Origin: an uncultured Candidatus Poseidoniales archaeon
GTDB taxonomy: Archaea; Thermoplasmatota; Poseidoniia; Poseidoniales; Thalassarchaeaceae
DNA length: 64,000 bases
Reading direction: 5' to 3'
NCBI GenBank assembly: GCA_902573015.1
Contig: CACGIE010000001.1
Coordinates: forward strand, 8,528-72,527
Shown: one piece after another, positions 18,223-26,174 of the stretch
Numbering within the stretch: the stretch's first letter is position 1
Layout of the letters: the number at the start of each line of letters is the position of its first letter
Program-made: the position numbers and the translations under genes
Notes under the pieces: model-generated
Told to the model about the DNA's origin: nothing
What the model saw: only the letters and a program-made list of their open reading frames with translations
Databases searched by the model: none

Positions 18223-18576
18223 CTAATCGTAATCCAAATATCGTCGGTATCTTCTTCTTTCATCTCTGGCCCAAGCATTTTCCGGTTCCAGTGACAGTAC
18301 CTTGTCATAGTACTCAATAGCGATCTCGAAATCTGAGAGGTGCCTTCCATTGAGGTGCCCAAGTACATTCAAGGCCGGGATGCAGTTTGAATCGGACTTA
18401 ATCATAGAAAGAAGAATTCCCTCTGCTTCGCTAATTTCCATGGATTCCATCTTATCCTCTGCCTCCTCAAGTTGAGCGATTTGTTCGGGGCTGAGTGAGT
18501 AGATATTCTTCCACCTTGGGGAGGTCATGTTTGTGCACTCAAGACTAGGCGTTTGAAAGTTTTTGAAAAAGAGCAT
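18223..18576 (-). CDS. small TPR-like protein, immediately upstream of the FtsZ-like gene (alternative start at 18528)
   Basis: AIEYYDKVLSLEPENAWARDERRRY is a TPR-type helix pair. 35-nt gap to the FtsZ-like ORF on the same strand. Confidence 0.5.
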   Translation of the reverse strand: MLFFKNFQTPSLECTNMTSPRWKNIYSLSPEQIAQLEEAEDKMESMEISEAEGILLSMIKSDSNCIPALNVLGHLNGRHLSDFEIAIEYYDKVLSLEPENAWARDERRRYRRYLDYD

Positions 18577-18646
18577 TGCGTTCGGCCCCGAAGGGGCCGT
18601 AGTGGAACGTTAATATCCCCCTTTTTTCTGGAGCCAGATGTAGCAG

Positions 18647-19468
18647 ATGCTAGGTGAACGAAAGATGGCATCTAGACAGAAGACACTTGTGCTAATCTTA
18701 GTATCAGTATTTGTTGCAGGGTCTGGTGAGGCCCTGCATAGTGGTGTTGGAGGAAATGCAAATGGCCAAGGTGAGGTTTCCATTGCTGGGTGCACCTGTC
18801 ATGCAGAGGAGCCAGACAATTCTGTTACAGTTATTATCGATGGAGTTCCTTTCCATTATGCACCTGAAACCTCCTACGAGATGAAGTTGCAGCTAATTGG
18901 AGGGCCTGAGGCAAACCTTGATTCGCATACTGCCGGATTTGCCATGAGGGTCAGTGAGGGATCCCTCGACGCTTCAGAAGGATTCGAGTCAATGGTCCAA
19001 AATTGGGAAGGAGATGTGGCCACCCTAACACACACCGATGCGGGGTCGAGAACTTCTGATAGGTCGTGGATGTTTGTTTGGACGAGTCCGCCTGAAGGTT
19101 CCGGTTCAGTGGTTTTCAATGTAGCAGGGAACTCAGTAAATGGGGATCTAGCACCATCTAGTCTAGATCGTTGGAATCGTCTTACTGCCAGTATTGACGA
19201 AGGTGAAGACAATGGAAGAACAAAAACCGTTTTTTCAGGAAATGGGGATATTAACCCCCCAGCCCCTGTAGAAGGAAAGAAAGACATCCACAAAATGGGA
19301 GCTAAACTCCTAGCCCACTGGTTGGGACTCCTTGGATTCGGAGCAGTAATGCTAGTTATTTTGTTCTGCGGGCTATTCCTTAGATACGGATTCTCCAGGC
19401 ATTACAAGGGCAGAAGTAACCTACTGAGGCTAAGAATAAAGCATCTTAGAAGGGGCGATCAACTATGA
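18647..19468 (+). CDS. secreted, C-terminally membrane-anchored protein with a single CxCH motif (probable start at 18665); first gene of the Rieske/cyt b operon
   Basis: Signal-like MASRQKTLVLILVSVFVAGSGEA, motif IAGCTCHAEE, and a C-terminal TM (LLAHWLGLLGFGAVMLVILFCGLFL) with a basic tail. Its stop overlaps the next start. Confidence 0.6.
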   Translation: MLGERKMASRQKTLVLILVSVFVAGSGEALHSGVGGNANGQGEVSIAGCTCHAEEPDNSVTVIIDGVPFHYAPETSYEMKLQLIGGPEANLDSHTAGFAMRVSEGSLDASEGFESMVQNWEGDVATLTHTDAGSRTSDRSWMFVWTSPPEGSGSVVFNVAGNSVNGDLAPSSLDRWNRLTASIDEGEDNGRTKTVFSGNGDINPPAPVEGKKDIHKMGAKLLAHWLGLLGFGAVMLVILFCGLFLRYGFSRHYKGRSNLLRLRIKHLRRGDQL

Positions 19469-19914
19469 AAGACGACACTGTGATGAGGCTTTTGCGACAA
19501 GTAAAGTCTGGAAAGGTAAGCGTAGAAGATGCCAGAGTGGCTCTTGAAGATGCCGCGCTGACGGAAGAGGCCTTCGAAGCAGCAGTCAATCATGGAGTAT
19601 TCAACGAAGTCAAGCCCGGGACAATTGTAAGAGCTAGTCTTGCACCATCTGGGGATTCGTGGCTGATCATAATGGTAGGACTATGGGGGGTTCTTTGGAC
19701 TCTTTATTGGGCGGGAGCCCTAGCATACGGACTATACCAACACTGGGATCAGCAACTGCTCGCATTCAATCTGGCGATGACTCTTCTCACACTAATAATC
19801 ATGGGGATTGTATATCTAAAATATGTACTTCCGGATGTGATAATTGTCAAGCATAGGAGAAACAAGTACATTACAAGTCACGATACAAACTCTTGGAAAA
19901 AGTACGAGGTCTAA
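19465..19914 (+). CDS. small two-TM membrane protein with an N-terminal SHOCT-like helix
   Basis: 149 aa. LLRQVKSGKVSVEDARVALE, then two hydrophobic helices. 4-nt overlap upstream and 2-nt gap downstream. Confidence 0.5.
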   Translation: MKDDTVMRLLRQVKSGKVSVEDARVALEDAALTEEAFEAAVNHGVFNEVKPGTIVRASLAPSGDSWLIIMVGLWGVLWTLYWAGALAYGLYQHWDQQLLAFNLAMTLLTLIIMGIVYLKYVLPDVIIVKHRRNKYITSHDTNSWKKYEV

Positions 19915-19916
19915 AA

Positions 19917-20765
19917 ATGGCAAGGAAATTTAAGCTACGTCCTGTCTCATCTGAGGATGAGCTCGTTCACGAGAGGAGCGGTGCAATAGACAGAAGGGAG
20001 TTCATGAGGCTGTCTTTCAATACAGCAGCCGGATTGATCACTACTGCATCACTGGGCAGTGTCGGGTTCGCTTCTTTCCTAATGGGCCAAGCGGAAGGAG
20101 GTGCTTCGGACTCTTCCATAAAATTCTATGTCCCCAAGGGTTCAGATGTGTGGTACAGTAACATGGACAAGCAGCCCATGACGTTGCAATCTTTCGTAGA
20201 CGAGTCTGCAAACACAACTACCGGAATGGTTGGAGCCGCAGGACTTTGGTCCGGCTTACCCATCATTGCCACATACGTCCCACACGAGGAAAACAAAAAC
20301 AAGCCATTAGAAGCAGGCACCCCTAGATTCCAGATGATGGACGGATACACCGCCGGCGGTGCATATGTAGGATCCGGCTATGAAATCGAAGAAAAGGAGG
20401 AATTTGCATCGTTGAATATTCATGATAATCTGATCATTGTTTTCGCTAGATGTCCTCACTTATGCTGCATTCCCGGATGGCAATTGGTGAGTAATGACTT
20501 CACTGCAGATAGCTGGCTGCCTGGTGGAACTGACTCAAGTGGGAACAAATCATTCTGTATCTGCCACTCTAGCAGGTACGACCACACTGTTATAGAGAAG
20601 AATACAGCTAGAAATAGATCCAATGGACAGGAGTTTGACTTCATAGGAGTAAAGAAGACCGGTGGGCCTGCTCCGTACGGCATGCCACTGATTCCTTTCA
20701 CAGTAAGTGGAGGGGTTATTGAGGCACTTCCAGATTTCATGGACTGGTACACATTCTGCGGGTAG
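19917..20765 (+). CDS. Rieske [2Fe-2S] protein with a twin-arginine signal/anchor
   Basis: DRREFMRLSF (Tat motif), box I CPHLCC (20451-), box II CICHSS (20556-). I chose the ATG at 19917 over the TTG at 19893 in the track, because it follows the upstream stop directly. Confidence 0.85.
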   Translation: MARKFKLRPVSSEDELVHERSGAIDRREFMRLSFNTAAGLITTASLGSVGFASFLMGQAEGGASDSSIKFYVPKGSDVWYSNMDKQPMTLQSFVDESANTTTGMVGAAGLWSGLPIIATYVPHEENKNKPLEAGTPRFQMMDGYTAGGAYVGSGYEIEEKEEFASLNIHDNLIIVFARCPHLCCIPGWQLVSNDFTADSWLPGGTDSSGNKSFCICHSSRYDHTVIEKNTARNRSNGQEFDFIGVKKTGGPAPYGMPLIPFTVSGGVIEALPDFMDWYTFCG

Positions 20766-21647
20766 GTGAAAAATATGATTCAATTCTGGTTCCTATGGAT
20801 TTTCATTGCTTTCGTTGTTGTAATTGTCGCCTTCACACTCAGAAGAGAGAGGGACGATATGCCAAGGAAGGACATTCTGAGGGCAGTAGAGACAAATGCT
20901 GGCAGCATGGGTCTAGCCGAGAAGTTGTTCCTATGGGCTTTCTCTTGGCTAGACACCAGATTCAGGATCCAAGACTACTGGGGCATGAGCAAAGACTCCT
21001 ACTACAGCATGCATCGTCAGATGCCTTTGACTCATGCCGAGAAGTACAAACTGAGAATAATTTGGTATTGGTACCCGCTCTACTGCTTGGGCGGAATTTC
21101 ATTCCTGGCATTCATCATCTTGGTGATTACTGGTACCATTCTAGGATTCTACTATGTCCCGGGAGGGGATTTGGACTCTGATCCGACACCGGCCTATGCA
21201 TCGATGGAGTTCATCATGCTAGAGTTGCCTTTCGGATATATCATCAGGTCTATACACCATTGGGGAACGCACTTCTTTGTTGCTGCAGTTTTCCTACACA
21301 TGTGTAGAGTCTATTTCACTGGGGCATACAGAAACCCCAGGGAACTGAACTGGTTGATCGGAGTTGCTCTAATGTTCTTCTCCATTTTCTTCGGTTACTC
21401 TGGATATCTGCTGCCATGGGATAGTTTGGCCTTTGGGGCGGCCACCATCGGTATCAACATGGCCATGGCCACCCCTCTGATTGGGGAGTGGGTGGCTAAT
21501 GCTATGTTCGGAGGGACTACATTGACTGGTCAGACAGTAGTCAGGATGTACTTCCTTCACGTGTTCGTTCTGCCGCTGATTGTTACTGTTCTCATTCTGG
21601 CACATCTATTCATTGTCTGGGTACAGGGAATTGCGGAGCCGCACTGA
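20766..21647 (+). CDS. cytochrome b, N-terminal four-helix (b6-like) domain
   Basis: IRSIHHWGTHFFVAAVFLHMCRVYFTGAY, FSIFFGYSGYLLPWD, and MYFLHVFVLPLIVTVLILAHL. These give the two His pairs of helices B and D. Confidence 0.9.
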   Translation: MKNMIQFWFLWIFIAFVVVIVAFTLRRERDDMPRKDILRAVETNAGSMGLAEKLFLWAFSWLDTRFRIQDYWGMSKDSYYSMHRQMPLTHAEKYKLRIIWYWYPLYCLGGISFLAFIILVITGTILGFYYVPGGDLDSDPTPAYASMEFIMLELPFGYIIRSIHHWGTHFFVAAVFLHMCRVYFTGAYRNPRELNWLIGVALMFFSIFFGYSGYLLPWDSLAFGAATIGINMAMATPLIGEWVANAMFGGTTLTGQTVVRMYFLHVFVLPLIVTVLILAHLFIVWVQGIAEPH

Positions 21648-21656
21648 GGTGATTGG

Positions 21657-24471
21657 ATGGGGATTATAGAGAGATTTGGAAGAATTGCTGACACCTATGT
21701 TAGTGAGAAGGAGCAGCTCCTAGGGGCGGAAGAGGAAAGGAGGAGAGTGCATACTGGCCATGGTTTCTGGCCGACGGAAGTTCTCAGGGATACTATCATT
21801 TTCGCGTCGATAGTGATGGTAATTGCATTCTACTCTTGGATTATTCCCCCCCCCTCTGCACAATGCTGCAGATCCATATGCCCAGGCGGGCTTCGTTTTC
21901 CCGGATTGGTACGTTCTATTCTCTTACGGTTACCTAAGATGGGGAGAGTATTTGCCGCAATTCGACATCCCTGCTGGCCCGATAGGGGAGTTCTTTGGCC
22001 AGCCAATCGTGTCATGGAACGCCGGAGTATGGGGGGCGATGATCACTGGGCTCCCAGTTGCAATTCTTGCACTACCACCATTCATCATTGGAAAGAGGGA
22101 GAAGAGGGGGGTAGAGGACCCATGGTTCGCCACGGCGGGAGCGGTTTACCTAGCGCACGTATGGTTTATTTCTGTATTCTCGATTAACATCTTCCTGGAG
22201 ATGTATGGTCAGAATCGTAGTGATTACTGTTGGGCCGGGCCCCATGGGACCTTCTTCTGCGGTACTCAACCCCCGTGGACTGCTGAGGTATTCAATGCTG
22301 TTCCATGGATTCTCACAGGTGTTTTCATCTTCGTCGTATTATACTTCTCGGTGAGGAAATTCCTGATAGGTCCGATGGGCTCTAGGCTGACTCCCATTCT
22401 TGGCAGACAGGTCGCCGTAGGATCTGTGGTAGCCACCGTTCTCCTATGTACGGTTACTTGGCCGGTCTACGAAAACGGATTCTGGAATCAGAGAGGCCTG
22501 GGAACGATGGGATTCTGGGAGTACCAGTATGATGCCAAGCTCGTGGAGTTGGATGGAATAAGGGGGCAGCCGGGAGATACCCTAATCCATGTGGACAAGG
22601 GTCCCGTATGGGCGGAATGGGAGGACGAATGCCTTCCATACGAGCAAACGAGTACCCTGTCTGTCTGGGAAACTATGGAAGAGGGGACGACGCATTCTGA
22701 ATGGTGTATTTTGCCCGCAAAACATTTTGTTAACTGGGGAATTTTCCAACCAACTCGTAGTCAGATAGTAGATTTCAGCGGGGTGAACGGTCATGCCGAC
22801 ACACAAACGTCTAGGAATATTGGGGCGAATGAAATCATCTACCAAGGAGAAGATGATGGCAGTCCGATTTCAATTTCTGAGTCTATCCAGTTCGAGGTCG
22901 AGGATCTTGGCATATCCAAGGTTCAAACTGACATAGGTTGCAACTTCAGAACTACAGTAAGAAATGCTGGTGAGCACTCTCAGAGCCTGACTCTAACAGA
23001 TGATTCGGGGCAGGAACTTTGGTCCAACTCCGGCTCCACCTGCGAGTCAGGAACAATGTACCTCGATTCTGGAAGATCATACACGATTTCCTTCACTACC
23101 CTGTCCGAGCAGGTTAATGACTCGGTCACAATGATTTCAGACTTCTCAGCAGTTTCCTACCAGCCTCTACTGCTCAACGATGATGGGACTGCACTAATCA
23201 GATCAGAAGTCAGTCTCAGCGATGAGGAACTGGCATCCATGTCTGTCGCAAATCCCACCTACAAGAAGAATCCCAAGAGTCTTGATGCCAAGCTGATCTA
23301 CTCGATGTTCATACCATGCCTAGGAGTAGGGGCTCTTGTTTTCATGCTCCTCAGGAGCATGGCACGAGGATATGAATGGGAGATGAATAAGTGCTATGGA
23401 TGCGATTTGTGCGATGATGCCTGCCCTGTGAGGTTATTCAACGCTGGAGATAAACTGAACATAATCTACAACACCTGGAACAATGAAGACGACGGAGTCC
23501 CACTTTACTCGTGTCTAACCTGCACCGCCTGTACAAATGCCTGTCCACAATTAGTCGACTACGACTCATATATTGACATCAGAAGGAACCTTGTCGTAGG
23601 CGGCCCTCCTGCTACGGAAATCCCTCACACAGTGCTGCAAGCAGTACTAGCTGCTGAAGCAGAAGAAGACGCGGATGACTCATTCATCCCTGTAGAGGAG
23701 TACCCATTAGACTCTAGCATAGGTTACTATCCGGGATGTGTAGACTACATTGACCAGGAGATGGTCTTCAGTCACGTGAACAAGGGCACTATGGATCTCG
23801 GAGATGCCACAACTTCCGCATTCACGATTTTCGAGGAGATGGGCGAGGATGTGACATACCTAGGTCGCGACTTCCTGAAGTGCTGCGGACATGACCAGAA
23901 ATGGCAGGGGATGAGTGAGGTCTTCGAGAAGTTGAAGGCTTACAATCAAAAGAAGCTCGGAGAGAGTGGGATAGAGACTCTAGTAACTTCTTGTGCTGAG
24001 TGTTTCAGAACCTTCGCTTTGGACTATGAGTTAGATGACATGAAGGTAATGCACACCACAGAATTCCTTGTCGAGAAGGGTTTCGACATGGACTTGAAGT
24101 CAAACGATGAAGTCACCGTAACTTACCACGATCCATGCAGGCTGGGTAGGCAGATGAATATCTACGACGAGCCCCGGGACTTGGTAGGTTCTGTAGACGG
24201 GGTGAATCTAGTGGAAATGGAACATACCGGAGAAGACGCTCTCTGTTGTGGAGTCTCCAGCATGATGTCATGTAATGAGAACAGCAGGGCACTAAGAGTA
24301 CAGAGATTCGATGAAGTAAGGGAAACAGGGGCAGACATCATGCTGACATCTTGTCCGAAGTGTGTTGCTCATTTCGAGTGTCTAAAGTTCGAGGGAGATC
24401 CAAGACATGACTTCGAGATTCTAGATGTTGTAAGCTTCCTGGCTAGGCAGATAGAAGAGTCCAGGGGATAG
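21657..24471 (+). CDS. cytochrome b C-terminal (subunit IV-like) domain fused to an HdrD/GlpC-like 2x[4Fe-4S] + 2xCCG module; interrupted by a 1-nt frameshift in a C9 run (21846-21854)
   Basis: ORFs 21657-22187 and 21823-24471 join in the C9 run to give ...VMVIAFYSWIIPPPLHNAADPYAQAGFVFPDWYVLFSYGYLRW, that is helix E plus a PEWY-type loop. Downstream lie extra TMs, a hydrophilic domain of about 270 aa and one more TM. Then come CYGCDLCDDACP, CLTCTACTNACP, YYPGC..KCCGHD and YHDPC..LCCGVSS..SCPKC. Confidence 0.85.
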
Positions 24472-24474
24472 AGC

Positions 24475-24588
24475 ATGACCAAGATCGGTGACGTCCTGAA
24501 GAGGAGGACTGCTGAGCAGTCCAGAATTAGGAAGCAACTGAATTCAATGAGAGCAGAAGAGGAGGCCCTCCTGAAGGGGGGGGGATGA
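24475..24588 (+). CDS. 37-codon ORF ending in a G9 run; possibly the N-terminus of the downstream ferredoxin
   Basis: ATG lies 4 nt after the upstream stop. Translation is MTKIGDVLKRRTAEQSRIRKQLNSMRAEEEALLKGGG*. The ferredoxin frame is open back into the G9 run. Confidence 0.25.
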   Translation: MTKIGDVLKRRTAEQSRIRKQLNSMRAEEEALLKGGG

Positions 24589-24613
24589 CGCGGTTGCTTG
24601 GGTAAAGGAAGAG

Positions 24614-24808
24614 ATGTGCATAGGATGTGATCAGTGCACGATAGTTTGTGATGACGATGCCATAGAGTTGTACGATACACCGCTGGCCAGCCCAATTATG
24701 GAAATTGATGTAAATAGAAAGGCGAGAGTCCTCAGGGAACCCTGCACTGGATGCAAGCTTTGCGTACTTGCTTGCCCCACTGATGCGATAATAATGATTG
24801 ACAGGTGA
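24614..24808 (+). CDS. 2x[4Fe-4S] ferredoxin
   Basis: 64 aa with CIGCDQCTIVC and CTGCKLCVLACP cluster motifs. Confidence 0.75.
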   Translation: MCIGCDQCTIVCDDDAIELYDTPLASPIMEIDVNRKARVLREPCTGCKLCVLACPTDAIIMIDR

Positions 24809-24812
24809 TTGC

Positions 24813-25097
24813 ATGGGGAAGGATGATCCAGTCAGGTTCGGGGCAGAGTTTGGCCCTCACAGAACAAAGAGGGCGAGTGGGGTTTCATTGTCTACATTCA
24901 AGACCCTTGTGTGGGTTTCTAATCTTGGTGGCCTATTCCTATTCGCAATTGGAATGGAGTTGATGATAAGAGGGTCATTCTGGTTCGGAATCACTTGTAT
25001 AGTGATTGGAGTTGCCATCGCACTCTTCCCTTCGAACTATGAGATAGTAGGGATGGAGGAAATGGATGAAGGATGGTTGGCGGGGGAAGAAGAATAA
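24813..25097 (+). CDS. small two-TM membrane protein (ATG at 24813 preferred over TTG at 24798)
   Basis: Hydrophobic segments LVWVSNLGGLFLFAIGMELMI and FWFGITCIVIGVAIALF. Tightly packed in the operon. Confidence 0.45.
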   Translation: MGKDDPVRFGAEFGPHRTKRASGVSLSTFKTLVWVSNLGGLFLFAIGMELMIRGSFWFGITCIVIGVAIALFPSNYEIVGMEEMDEGWLAGEEE

Positions 25098-25379
25098 ATG
25101 GCAGGGACACCATTCCAGAATAGAGTCTGGAGTGAAATCAAAAATATCCCCGCGGGTCAAACCAGGACATACAAAGAAATCGCAGTTTTAATCGGAAATC
25201 CTGGATCATCAAGAGCTGTGGCCAATGCTTGTGCAGCCAACCCAAATCCAATCACAGTACCGTGTCATAGAGTAATTCGTTCTGATGGTAGGCACGGAGG
25301 ATACAGTGGACCCGGGGGATCTTCTAGGAAGAGTGCACTAATTTCATCGGAAAGAGAAATTACATCTAGAAATACTTGA
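25098..25379 (+). CDS. ogt: methylated-DNA--protein-cysteine methyltransferase, C-terminal (active-site) domain only
   Basis: 93 aa. TPFQNRVW..IPAGQTRTYKEIA...SRAVANACAANPNPITVPCHRVI contains the PCHRV active site and helix-turn-helix. The start directly abuts the upstream stop. Confidence 0.8.
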   Translation: MAGTPFQNRVWSEIKNIPAGQTRTYKEIAVLIGNPGSSRAVANACAANPNPITVPCHRVIRSDGRHGGYSGPGGSSRKSALISSEREITSRNT

Positions 25380-25529
25380 TGAATACGGCGAAAGAAGCTA
25401 TAGAAGCTATTGCCCAAATAAACATGTACGTACTCTGTTTCAGAGGAGATTCCCATAAATCTGAATCTTGTTCACTCATATTATGACCTCGGGATTTGAA
25501 ATTAGAATGTAAACATGACGGGAGTAAAA

Positions 25530-26174
25530 TCACAGCCATGGCAATAGTAGAACTAAGCCGCAGAGAGGGAAAAGAACCATTGTCGCATTGTCGTCAATTG
25601 CCTTCGTTGAGGGCAACTCACCGAGGACGGTCAAAGGGGCTAGCAAGATTGCTACAATTAAATCAGTACCAATCCAGAAATGACAACCAAGCCACACGCA
25701 GTAAGAAACAATTAGTCCAGAGATTATCGCCAATCTAAGGTCTCTCATCTTCCTCTTTACCTCGCCCATTGTGGGGTCGACTAGAGTCATACCTAGGATA
25801 ATTGGGGCCCCATACAGCCCCGCCTCCATTCCGTCTCCTTCTCCCTCAGGAGAAATTAGCAAGGCCAATGCTACTGCAAGAGCCCCCCATGCTAGCGCGG
25901 AAATCTGCCTGGACTCGTATTCTCTCTGGCCCACAATAACAATTCCTGTTCTAAGCCGTACAGCCTCAATAACAAGAATCAGAATACAAAATAAGCTAAC
26001 GAACTCCCTCATCTCTAGAGCGAAAAATGAGGAAATGTCTGATCCGTGGACATAGTATAGATAGGGTATACAAGCCATTGAGATGTGTGTAAGCCTTCTG
26101 AAAGCATGACCTCCAAACCCCCCTATTGAATGGTTTACGTGATCTACGAATAAGTCATTTTCATCTGATGACAC
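25530..26174 (-). CDS. polytopic membrane protein, unknown function; start abuts the meaB stop
   Basis: 214 aa with about 6 hydrophobic segments. No secure family motif. Confidence 0.55.
   Translation of the reverse strand: MSSDENDLFVDHVNHSIGGFGGHAFRRLTHISMACIPYLYYVHGSDISSFFALEMREFVSLFCILILVIEAVRLRTGIVIVGQREYESRQISALAWGALAVALALLISPEGEGDGMEAGLYGAPIILGMTLVDPTMGEVKRKMRDLRLAIISGLIVSYCVWLGCHFWIGTDLIVAILLAPLTVLGELPSTKAIDDNATMVLFPLCGLVLLLPWL

Noticed and set aside
18770-18800. CTCH in the first operon protein as a c-type heme-binding site
   Set aside because: The motif is CxCH, with one residue between the cysteines, not CxxCH. I therefore do not call it a cytochrome c; it is kept only as a hypothesis.
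21657-22187. Two separate overlapping genes (176 aa and 882 aa) at the start of the subunit IV-HdrD region
   Set aside because: After the C9 run the 176-aa frame becomes Cys/Arg/Pro-rich nonsense. The 882-aa frame before the run has no plausible start context. The two meaningful halves meet precisely at the homopolymer and together recreate the conserved helix E-PEWY junction.
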